Made by a program: the position numbers and the translations under genes. DNA of 64,000 nt from Octopus sinensis. Taxonomy: Eukaryota. The stretch spans positions 128,216,001-128,280,000 of the forward strand of contig NC_042997.1 in NCBI RefSeq assembly GCF_006345805.1. Reading direction: 5' to 3'. A model generated the notes under the pieces. That model was not told the DNA's origin, did no database searches, and was given only the letters and a program-made list of their open reading frames with translations. Positions 41,375 to 52,260 of this stretch are shown here, piece after piece; position 1 is the stretch's first letter, and every line of letters starts with the position of its first letter.

Positions 41375-41510
41375 TATTGCCCACAAGGGGCTAAACATAG
41401 AGGGGACAAACAAGGACAGACAAACGGATTAAGTCGATTACATCGATCCCAGTGCGAAACTAGTACTTTATTTATCGACCCCGAAAAGATGAAAGGCTAA
41501 GTCGACCCGG
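41375..41510 (-). mobile_element. SINE family B 3' part (inverted)
   Basis: atttctttattgcccacaaggggctaaac...gatgaaaggctaagtcgacc. Confidence 0.8.
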
Positions 41511-41803
41511 CACGAATATATAAGTATAATATAACACGAGGATGGAGGATAACACGCTTTAATTGTAGATTACATTTGTTTCTTCTCCGTGCAAACGTTG
41601 TTACCCACTATTAGAGCCTGTTATCCTCCATCCTCGAGTTGTATTGTCCTTGCATTAATCTATATAATTGAGCAGTTCTGCATGTGTGTCTAGCTCTAAA
41701 ATATACCCAACTGTAGGATATGTGGTATCCAAAGAACGAGGCAAGAGCATTTATAATGCACATTACGAGGTTTTCACCCGAATTATACTGTTTATGTATG
41801 TAT

Positions 41804-41869
<66 letters not shown>

Positions 41870-42043
41870 AAATATTAGGGAATAAATCCAAATTTACAGG
41901 GAAAAAATCAGATTTAGGATTAAATCCAATTTTATAGTAAAATATTATATAATATTAATTCGAGACAAAACCACTATTTTGCAAAACAAACAAGGAAAGA
42001 CTTAATCAATACATAAATATTTTTAATATAAAGAAATAAACCG

Positions 42044-42086
42044 CCACTACAATCGTTTCATGTCTTCAATGACATTCGTCAGGTGG
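42044..42086 (-). ncRNA. Minimal type I hammerhead ribozyme motif, intact core (family 1, left palindrome arm)
   Basis: Exact reverse complement of 42138-42180. Confidence 0.8.
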
Positions 42087-42137
42087 ATTTTCGATCTCCT
42101 AATCTGTTTTAATTAAACAGATTAGGAGATCGAAAAT

Positions 42138-42180
42138 CCACCTGACGAATGTCATTGAAGACATGAAACGATTGTAGTGG
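42138..42180 (+). ncRNA. Minimal type I hammerhead ribozyme motif, intact core (family 1, right palindrome arm)
   Basis: CCAC-CUGACGA-AUGUC(AUUGAA)GACAU-GAAAC-GAUU-GUA-GUGG. All conserved core nucleotides are present; predicted cleavage after 42176. Confidence 0.8.
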
Positions 42181-42830
42181 CGGTTTATTTCTTTATATTA
42201 AAAATATTTATGTATTGATTAAGCCTTGTTTGTTTTGTAAAATAGTGGTTTTGTCTCGAATTAATATATATATATATATTATATATATATATAATATATA
42301 TATATATATATACGTCAGGCTTTCACACAGTCTCCGTGAACCAAATCCATTCACAAAGCACTGGTTGGCCCATAGCCATAGCAGAAGACACTTGCCCAAC
42401 ATGTCACACAGTGGGACTGAACCTGATATCACATGGTTGCAAAGCAAGCTTCTTAACCACATATCCATGAATGAATAAATCTATTTAACTTCATAGCACT
42501 GCTTCATTATTGTGTTAAAGAGTTTATGTCTTCGATTTCATTCCAAAGTTAAGGCTGGTTTTTAAAGCTTAATACTTGAAGTAGTTTCATTATCTTAAAG
42601 AATATGGAATATATCTTTGGTATCCTTCTATTCATAGATTCTTTTGTTTTTTATTGAACCTCTTCGCTAACGATTTTGCCCACAAACAGTATTTTCGATA
42701 CGACTGCTAAATATTTATATAACTGCTTTATATACTTAATATAATTTATATATACTTTATATAATTGCTATATAAATACATTATATAATTGCTATATGAA
42801 TACATCACCGTATCACAGTATCGACAAGAC

Positions 42831-43143
42831 CAGGCGTGGCCAACTCGAATTACATTGCGGGCCACTTTAATCAGAGAGAGTTTTTTGAAGGTCGCTTGTA
42901 TACTGACAGAATTGAAAGCATTTTGCTTTCTCATGCTATTATTACAATAATGAATGAATGATTGTTGATTCAACAATAAATATTATTGTTGCAAAAACAG
43001 TAGTAACTTCATTTTTTTTTCTTTTCATTACAATCTTTAATTTTTGATAAAATTTTTAAAATGTTCGTTTAAATAAACTCATTTCAAGAAAGTATCAAGC
43101 GGGCCGCAAAATAAGTTTGCGGGCCTCAGGTTGACCAGCCCTG
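42831..43143. mobile_element. hAT-like MITE inserted in the RTE 3' tail
   Basis: TIRs CAGGCGTGGCCAAC / GTTGACCAGCCCTG; near-duplicated flanks gacaagac / gactaagac. Confidence 0.65.
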
Positions 43144-43505
43144 GACTAAGACCATCAGATACTGTTATACACTGCTGTTCACAATGCGCTTCCGGTTCTG
43201 TCTTGATTGCGCAATTCTTTTCCATCTTGACCTAAATCGTCTTTCCATCGTCGTGGAGGCCTTCCAATTGGCCTTTTCCGATCTCTTGGATACTACTACT
43301 CGGCAACTGCGCAAGTCAACCTGTTTGTGAACCATGCGACATTTCCGACTTAGCGAAACTTGTGCTTTCGGTACTCGGCGATGAAATAGTTCACCGCGTC
43401 TAGTTCTCGAATTATCTCATTTCGAATATGCTCTTGTAATGATATTCCTGGCATGGATCTTTCCATGGCCATTTGCATCGTAGCTAATGTCCTATCCTCT
43501 TCTTA
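43144..43505 (-). mobile_element. RTE-1 clade LINE 3' remnant
   Basis: QMAMERSMPGISLQEHIRNEIIRE...EYRKHKFR*VGNVA...YPRDRKRPIGRPPRRWKD. Confidence 0.85.
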
Positions 43506-43950
43506 GTAGCCTACGTCTCACTTGCGTATAAGAGCACAAGTAGGACAGTGCTGTTGAAGAGTCTGACACGCGGTATTGTCTAGCGTTGTTTTCAGGACAT
43601 CCTTTATTGAGAGCGATGGACCACGATATAAGACATAACAAGCATACTCATATATATGATAAACAGGCAGACAAGGAGAGAGAGAGAGACAGACAGACAG
43701 ACAGAGAGAACGACAGATGCACAGATGCAGATATGCCACGCATTACGGGAACAAACGTTGTGTACTTTAAAATCTTGTGGTAACTTGTAATTCCGCAATG
43801 CGAAACCTTGACTTTCAAGCTACATGGAAGTCAATGATATTCATAAAGGTGAGATACGTTTCAGGTTACAAAATTCCACTTCACATCAATTCATTGAACG
43901 CAAAGTTTCCGTAATGCAATGAATGTTTACCTCTGTGTGTGTGTGTGTGT

Positions 43951-44007
<57 letters not shown>

Positions 44008-44055
44008 TCGTTATATTTTACGTCCGATTTATATATTTTTATAAATATCTATTTG

Positions 44056-44187
44056 TATAGATGCATGGAAAAGTGGACGTGGAAACGGTGATGACATATA
44101 TGTATGAACAAATATCTATTTGTATAGATATGTGTTCATACATATATGTCATCACCGTTTCCACGTCCACTTTTCCATGCATCTATA
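44056..44187. repeat. Perfect 55-bp inverted repeat (hairpin)
   Basis: 44056-44110 is the exact reverse complement of 44133-44187. Confidence 0.95.
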
Positions 44188-44620
44188 TGTATCTGTAATA
44201 TTATTCAGATTGTCACACGTTTTCCAGTATTGCAATCTTTATCTATACAATGAAATGGAAATATAATCGAAATCTTTGAAATAATGAAACACATTCGAGC
44301 GTTACATTTTCCACAATCTTTGACATTCGAATGAAATCGAAATTGTAATCAAAATCTTTAAAACGTAATGAAACTGTTACAAAATTCGACGAATTTATAC
44401 ATCAAAATAGAAATACTTTATAAGGACATTTATTAAACATTGTATATTGACAAGTTCTGCTCGTATAGCGTTTCTGATGGAGTTAGAATGGCTGTAAGGA
44501 CTGAAAATTAGGTGAACAAACGGCTGTTTAATAAAATTAAAACGGCTGGAAACTTTTGAACTTGTTTGTCAGCGCATCGACGAAAACGATTATATAGAGG
44601 TTGTATTATATACTTTGCTT

Positions 44621-45355
44621 AAGGCGGCGAGCTGGCAGAGTTGGATGGAATGCTTACCGGTATTTCGCCTGCCGTTACGTTCTGAGTTCAAATTCCGCCG
44701 AGGTCGACTTTGCCTTTCATCCTTTCGGGATCGATAAATTAAGTACCAGTTACGCACTGGGGTCGATGTAATCGACTTAATCCGTTTGTCCCCTCTGTGT
44801 TTAGCCTCTTGTGGGTAGTAAAGAAATAGGTATTTCGTCTGCCGTTACGTTCTGAGTTCAAATTCCGCCGAGGTCGACTTTGCCTTTCATCCTTTCGGGG
44901 TTGATAAATTAGGTACCAGTTACACACTGGGGTCGATATAATCGACTTAATCTGTTTGTCTGTCTTTATTTGTACCCTCTATGTTTAGCCCCTTGTGGGC
45001 AATAAAGAAATAGGTATTTCGTCTGCCGCTACGTTCTGAGTTCAAATTCCGCCGAAGTCGACTTTGCCTTTCATCCTTTCGGGGTCGATTAAATAAGTAC
45101 CAGTTACACACTGGGGCCGATATAATCGATTTAATCCGTTTGTCTATCCTTGTTTGTCCCCTCTTTGTTTAGCCCCTTGTGGGTAGTAAAGAAATAGGTA
45201 TTTCGCCCGTCGCTACGTTCTAAGTTGAAATTGTGCCGACCTTTCATCCTTTCGGGGTCGATAAATTGAGTACCAGTTGAGTACTGGAGGTCTATGTAAT
45301 CGACTATCCCCTTCTCCCAAAATTTCAGGCCTTGTGCCTATTATAGAAAGGATTA
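44621..45355 (+). mobile_element. SINE family B tandem stack (one head, four bodies)
   Basis: Bodies start at gtatttcg at 44660, 44830, 45014 and 45198; every junction is aaagaaata|ggtatttcg; the last unit has the alternative tail. Confidence 0.9.
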
Positions 45356-46294
45356 TATTTTTCAATTGTTTCTCATTAGAATGCGGCCATGCTGGGGTAC
45401 CGCTTTGAAGAATTTTATTTAAATGAACTGATCCCAGTATTTACTTTTTTTAAAGCTTGGTACTTTATTCTATCGGTCTCTAGTACCGAACCGCTAAGTT
45501 ACGGGGACATAAACACACCAACACTAGTGGAGTACAAACACACACACACATATACACACACCTAAAATCTACCCAACTTAATTTTGCTAGCATATTTCTG
45601 ACCAAATACACTATCTTATTTCAGATAATTTTGAAAATAAAGAAATTGCTTGTAAAATAACTTTGTCATAATTAAGCTGGTGTTTGGAACATAAAACTAA
45701 CATGAAATTTTGGTGGGAGAATTAGGTCACTTTTAAACCGGAAGTTTGATTCACAGGTTCTGGGCGGTTTCGGGTTGATCACACCGTGACTGAGAGAGCG
45801 CTAATAAAGGTGGAATGGTCATAATTGGGATGCTTTTCATCATGGGATTTGGATTAAGTCACTTTTGAAATGCTTCTTTGATATTTTGTTAAAAGGTTTC
45901 TGTTGGATAATTGCATAGAAAACGTGCGTGTCGGTGTTGTCATCATCATCATCATCAAAATCTCCACCGCCCCCACCTTCACCCCCACCATAACAACCCC
46001 TGCCGTCATCGTGATCATGATCATCATCTTCGACTAAGTCATCATTCATCGCAACAACCAAACAGCACTAATGAGCCAACGAAGGAGCCATGCTTTTCCC
46101 TCAAATCAACCCGGACATCTTAGAAAAAAAAAGGGTATCATAAATCAGATGAGTCAGTCATGGCTGGAATGCCTTTCCTCAAAGAGAGGTGACCTGGAGT
46201 TAAACAACAACAACCACAGAACTAATACTATATATATACATATGCGTGTATGTATATATATATATAAATACACACACACACACATATATATATA

Positions 46295-46343
<49 letters not shown>

Positions 46344-46609
46344 ATGTATACGCACACATATGGGTATGTATGCATGTAAATCTAAGTAGGTGCCCAGTCA
46401 TTCTATCAGCCACACCCTCTTTCTGACCCTTAAAGGCTAGCATAAATGCCACGTATGACAGTATGTCACTTCCTGCTTTACACTTCACACACACGAACTC
46501 CCTCTCTTCCTGAACGCGCGCGAGTATGTGTGTATTTATTCACACATATATATGAATACATACACACTGATCAAGCTTATATATTCTCTATACCTATACA
46601 TATCCAAAC

Positions 46610-46880
46610 ACACGTTGGTTACGATGAGGAGTGTTCCAGTTGATCCGATCAACGGAACAGCCTGCACGTGAAATTAACGTGCAAGTAGCTGAGCACTCCA
46701 TAGACACGTGTAGCCTTAACGTAATTCTCAGGGAGATTCAGTGTAACAAGGCTCGCTCTTTGAATAACAGGTAAAACTCATTTCTGACAGCTGTGTGGAC
46801 TGGAGCAACGTAAAATAAAGTGTCTTGCTCAAGGACATAACGCACTGCAAGAAATTTCAATTGTGAGCCGAATATCCCTA
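46610..46880 (-). mobile_element. SINE with a V/Meta-like central domain (5' degraded)
   Basis: Reverse complement has gttatgtccttgagcaagacacttt...gctccagtccac.cagctg and tail gttccgttgatcggatcaactggaac. Confidence 0.55.
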
Positions 46881-48545
46881 GTCACAAACTCACACGCGCA
46901 ATAATCTTGGGAGGAAGGAAGTAAGCCTTAAACCGTTGAAATGGCTTCTTTTTTTTTTTATCAAGCTCTGTCTTTCTCCATTTCTAAGTTAAGAGTAAAA
47001 ATAAGCAACCCTGCAAAACACAACTAATCTTTACACACATACGCACAGAATAACAGCAATCAAATAACGACAGCGGAGTGCACGACAAACATCAGCGATC
47101 TGACTGTCGCCTGTACTCTTGACAAGAGATGCCAGTTATTATTAGTCTTTTACACCTACTCGTTCGTATCAGTCCGAGTTGCTGGATAGTTTTTCTTTCC
47201 TTTAAGAATATTGTAGAACGGAAACTTTTTATAGATTGGAATTTAAATCCAAATCTCTATAGAAATTTGTTTCAAGAAACATTGAATTTGAATTACTTTT
47301 GCTTTTTACGATTATAGATAAAAACTCGGGCTGAGCCCGAGTCAGGCGCGTGTGAACGATGTCGAGGGAACGTCTGCTACGAATGAAAATTTTTGACACA
47401 AGGCACTTCTAAAACGACCACCAAACGCTGAACGAAAATAAATGAACTGTGACCAGGCTCAATAAAAGGAGCCCAAGTTATTGGCTGCAATTACATACTT
47501 GAAATCGGTATTAGCAGAAATTAAATAAGCTTGCAAAATCGCGTTCACTTTACTAAATTTATACTCGGGCCGAGTGCCGGAGTCGCCGCGCTTCTTTCAG
47601 TTTCCGTCTACCAAATTCACTCACATCACATTGGTCGGCCCGAGGCTATAGCAGAAGACACTTGCCCAAGGTGTCACCCAGTGGGACTGAACCCGGGACC
47701 ATACGATTGGAAAGGAAGTTTCTTACCACCACAATATATTTTTTTTAATGGGATGACACCGCTAAAAAGTCCTCGATCCATTCATCTACTTTATCAGGTC
47801 TTAGCTAGGACGAAGGAACATCAACATAACCGACAGTCTACGCGTGGCTTCGGGTTGTAAAGTATATAAACATGTGGAACAACTATACTGACATGTGGTA
47901 TCACTATGGTAACATGTGGTAAATATAACAATAAACACAGTAGCTACTTGTTTCCTATTTCTATATTTATTGTTACTTTTCTGTCTCACTTTTTAGTGAG
48001 GAAATATGTGCATACGTGAATGTATAGAAAAGTACACACACGCGCCCACGCACAAGCATACACACACATACATAATTTCTCATCGACAGAAAATAAAATA
48101 TTCATATGCTCAAGAGTTTAGTTGTTTTATCTTCTTTGTTTCATCAAGCACACACACGCAGGCAACCACACACACACACACACACATATAACATCGGTAG
48201 AAAATAAATAATTTATATCGCCATGCTTTGAGTTCTGTTTTATCGTAATTCTTCAACCACACACACACGCATACATACATAGACACATACTTGCATACAC
48301 ACACATACATAGACATAAATACACTCGTGTTGACTAACTTGAATCAAAGTGCTGGAAAACATCAGCATTGAAGTTAGCATAAATTACAATAAGTGTTTTT
48401 ATAGTTTTTAGCTACTTTTAAATTAGCTGTATATTAGTTGATTTGTGTATGATACGTTTTTTTGCCTCCAAATTTTTAAACTTTAAATTTGAATGTATGC
48501 GTCATACTCGAGAACTAGCTCAGTGCAAAAGTAATTGCAGTTTTG

Positions 48546-48579
<34 letters not shown>

Positions 48580-48860
48580 TTAGTAGAGTTAGCGGTTGGA
48601 ATGACCGTCTAAGGGATAAGAATATCCGTTTTACTACAGGTATAAATTATCTATGTGTATATGTCTTAGGACAGCTGCAGCACAATGGGGTGAGAGGATG
48701 GGGCTGAGAGAAAGGCCACACTGCTGCTAAAAACTGACACACACATAAGCATACACACACATTCGCGCGAACACACACACACACAAAGAAAGACACAAAT
48801 GTATACGCATATAAGGATACAGATAAGGAGTGGAGCAAGAACACACACGAAAACGAAAAG

Positions 48861-48905
48861 TGTCGCTGAAGAGGTCCCAGATGTGTGACGAAAAATTTCC
48901 GGACA
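48861..48905 (+). ncRNA. Possible minimal hammerhead motif (family 3)
   Basis: UGUCG-CUGAAGA-G-GUC(CCAGAUGUGU)GAC-GAAAAAUUUC-CGGACA. Palindromic AAAUUU helix III, UUC triplet, bulged helix I; AATAAA about 20 nt downstream. Confidence 0.45.
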
Positions 48906-49045
48906 ATGGATATAAGTTAAACTAATAAAATAAGAACAGTAATAAACGAGTGAAGAAAACATATATCGTGCGCGTGTGTTTATTTGTCCCGCCTCTGTTT
49001 CAACACGATTTCACATCAGGAATCTTGCAAAACGAATTGATAAGC

Positions 49046-49059
<14 letters not shown>

Positions 49060-49102
<43 letters not shown>

Positions 49103-49109
49103 GATATAC

Positions 49110-49143
<34 letters not shown>

Positions 49144-49483
49144 TATATATATATATATATGTATATACATATATATATATTATATATATAATATATATAT
49201 ATATATGTATACATATATATATATATATGTATATACATAATATATATATATATATATATAATATACATATACATATATATATATATGTATATATATATAT
49301 ATGTATATATAATATATATATATATATATGTATATATGTATATACATATATATATACATATATGTATATACATATATAATATATATATATATATATATGT
49401 ATATACATATATATATATGTATATACATATATATATATATATGTATATACTATATATATATATATATGTAATATATATATATG

Positions 49484-49514
<31 letters not shown>

Positions 49515-49537
49515 GTATATACATATATATATATATG

Positions 49538-49575
<38 letters not shown>

Positions 49576-49662
49576 CATATAATATATATATATATGTTTA
49601 TACATATATATATATACATATATATATATACAATATATATATATATACATATAATATATATG

Positions 49663-49712
<50 letters not shown>

Positions 49713-49830
49713 CATATATATATATATATATATATTATATACATATATATATATATTATATATATATATGTATATACATATATTATATATATATATATGT
49801 ATATACATATATATATATACATATATATAC
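49060..49830. repeat. Very long degenerate (TA)n tract
   Basis: About 770 bp of TA with scattered TG/CA. Confidence 0.95.
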
Positions 49831-50115
49831 ATGTACTAGCAGTATCGCCCGGCGTTGCTCGGGTTTGTAAGGGAAATAACTATATAAGCATTTTTAGAGA
49901 GTTATAGCCAAAAAATAGCAAAAAAATGCATTAAAAATTGAAAAAAAATTAAGGTAAATTTTTCTTTAAATCGTTGACACATCGTAGATATTTTTAGAGA
50001 GTTACTTCCCTTATATAAAAGCGAAAAAAATGCATTAAAATGGAAAAATATGATCGTAATTTTTTTTTAAATCGTAGACTCATCGTAGACGCGCGCTAAT
50101 ACCCTGAAGGGCTCG

Positions 50116-50486
50116 TTTGTTATTCTGGGTAACTTTCTGTAAAATTATTAAAATTTTGTTCAAACATCGCTATAGAAAATGGGTTATTAGCTAATATTCA
50201 ATTGGGTATACAACAAAATTTTACGATAGAATTTGTTATTCTGGGTAACATTCTGTAAAATTATTAAAATTTTGTTCAAACATCGCTATAGAAAATGGGT
50301 ATTAGCTAATATTCAATTGGGTATACAACAAAATTTTACGATAGAATTTGTTATTCTGGGTAACTTTCTGTAAAATTATTAAAATTTTGTTCATACATCG
50401 CTATAGAAAATGGGTTATTAGCTAATATTCAATTGGGTATACAACAAAATTTTACGATAGAATTTGTTATTCTGGGTAACTTTCTG
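50116..50486. repeat. Tandem repeat, ~116-bp unit, about 3.2 copies
   Basis: tttgttattctgggtaac recurs at 50116, 50232, 50347 and 50463. Confidence 0.95.
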
Positions 50487-50790
50487 ATACCCATAATAAT
50501 ATTTATGGTAAAATAGGCCTTAATTTCATTTAAGGTTGTGGGAAATAACAAACTATCGTTTCTTTCGTTTTGTTTACGTTTAGCGTAACAGTTCGTTTCT
50601 GCCGTAATGATTTCAAATGGGCTCATTCGAAAAAGTAAATAGAAATAGTGTAAGGCTTTACTCTTCTGGGAAAGTCTGTGGCTTGGTGCAGTTTCTTCAG
50701 AAAAATCACCGAAAGAAACAGTTTTTAAATTTTCACTCCATTCAGGTGCTAATTCGTGTTCTTAATCGCTGTCGGATTCACTGCTTTCAC
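50429..50790 (-). pseudogene. piggyBac-type transposase N-terminal fragment
   Basis: PEWSENLKTVSFGDFSEETAPSHRL...YFYLLF..PFEIITAETNCYAKRK...PTTLNEIKAYFTINIIMGIRKLPRITN resembles PGBD-type ETN.YA.Q...PT...EI.Af.GI.I.MGI..LP. Confidence 0.75.
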
Positions 50791-51177
50791 TTTAATAGCT
50801 GCCAACTTGCAAAGACAAAGGAGGAGAAAGGTGATAGCGTCAGTGAAACAATTCGCTCCCTTTGTGTGTGTGTGCGTTTGCGTGTGGTGTAAACCAGACT
50901 AAGAAAAGCGTTTGACACACACACCAGAATGTGAGTTTTCTGTAAATTTTGCTTAATTGGAGTTTAAATTTTAAAAACTGGACCTGGCATGACGCGATGC
51001 ATTGTACTCTTAAAATTGCTAGGTAAATTGTAATTGAAGAAATCCTATATTGTAGATTTCTATAACTCCCAAAGGGAGGCAGATAAAATCTGCCTTTTAT
51101 AATAAGAGATATGTATATATATATATACATATATATATACATGTATATGTATATATATATATATACATATATATACA

Positions 51178-51209
<32 letters not shown>

Positions 51210-51222
51210 CATATATATATAC

Positions 51223-51253
<31 letters not shown>

Positions 51254-51288
51254 ATATATATACATTATATATATATATATATATATAT

Positions 51289-51516
51289 AAAAGGAAATGA
51301 AGAAAATGCTGACAAAATAATTTAAGTAATTTAATTAGGTGAAAGTTCTTTTTACTGGTTGCGCATTTGTTATGCTTATCAAAAGATTAGAGTTCCTTTC
51401 TGATAGATTTTTTCCTCTTATCATAACAAATGCGCAACCGGTAAAAAGAACTTTCACCTAATTAAATTACTTAGATTACTTAAATTATTTTGTCAGCATT
51501 TTCTTCATTTCCTTTT
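51289..51516. repeat. Fold-back inverted repeat with ~85-95-bp arms
   Basis: Arms 51289-51374 and 51422-51516 differ by one substitution and one 9-bp indel; (TA)-rich flanks. Confidence 0.9.
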
Positions 51517-51552
51517 TTATATATCACAACTCATGTTCCACATCTCCTTTTT

Positions 51553-51610
<58 letters not shown>

Positions 51611-51676
51611 ATATATATACATGTATGTATGCCCACATCCTGTGGGCTAAAACATAAAAGAATACACACACATACA

Positions 51677-51884
51677 CACTAATCCCTCGGTTATCACGGG
51701 TGTTACGTTCCAGAACACCCCGCGATAGGTGAAATCCACGAAGTAGAAACTGTATTGCCCTGTTTATTTTTTATTATTATTTTTATAATTTGTATATATT
51801 TATTTTATTATGAATGCAAAACAGCACCGCAGAGGAATCGACGTAAGCTTGAATAATAAACTGCGATATAGCGAGGGATTATTG
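51677..51884. mobile_element. Tigger/pogo-like MITE
   Basis: TIRs cactaatccctcg.ttatc.cgg / ctgcgatatagcgagggattattg followed by TA. Confidence 0.65.
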
Positions 51885-51894
51885 TATATCGGTT

Positions 51895-52070
51895 TAAAAT
51901 TTTGGCCAGGAAGTTCGGGAGGGCGGAAAGGGTAAGGCGATTACATCGACCCCAAAAAGATAAAAGGCAAAGTTGACCTCGGTGGTATTTGAACTCAGAA
52001 TGTAAGGGCGAACGAAATGCCGCTGAGCATTTTGTCCGGTGTGCCAACGATTCTGCCAGCTCGCCGCCGA
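51895..52070 (-). mobile_element. SINE family B (alternative-tail variant, inverted)
   Basis: atttgaactcagaatgta...ccaacgattctgccagctcgccgcc. Confidence 0.7.
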
Positions 52071-52260
52071 TTCTTTGTGCTTCCTTGTTGTCAATGGCAT
52101 TTCTGATTTCCCGTCCATGACCTCCCAGATGATTATACAATCACACTGCAAATCTGCATGGCGTGAAGCATTGGTGATAGACAAAAGCTGCAACTTATTG
52201 TGTGCTACCTACTGGTTCGGTTTCTTCACATCGCAACTCTTCCAACGCCATTGGACTTTC
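52055..52260 (-). mobile_element. Diverged copy of the zinc-finger RTE-like LINE 3' end
   Basis: Reverse complement shares catgcagat.tgcagtg...gaggtcat...tcagaaatgccattgacaac.agg with 3815-3895. Confidence 0.55.

Larger units (their letters stand above)
41873..42267. mobile_element. Probable Penelope-like pLTR remnant with inverted duplication (fold-back)
   Basis: Same family as 8690-8945. 41952-42112 and 42113-42267 are near-perfect inverted arms; flanked by (TA)n on both sides. Confidence 0.65.
49836..51109 (-). mobile_element. Helitron containing a piggyBac transposase fragment
   Basis: 3' hairpin and CTAG|T at 49836; 5' A|TCTCTTATTATAAAA at 51109; internal piggyBac-like ORF and a 116-bp tandem repeat. 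Confidence 0.65.

Noticed and set aside
44621-45355. Tandem ~185-bp units as a CRISPR array or retrozyme array
   Set aside because: No unique spacers and no ribozyme core; the units are SINE bodies. The hammerheads elsewhere are not in direct tandem repeats, so a retrozyme array is not supported.
47324-47342. GC-rich hairpin ACTCGGGC-TGA-GCCCGAGT (related ACTCGG-G-CCGAGT near 47563)
   Set aside because: Too short, with no associated element termini; no function can be assigned.
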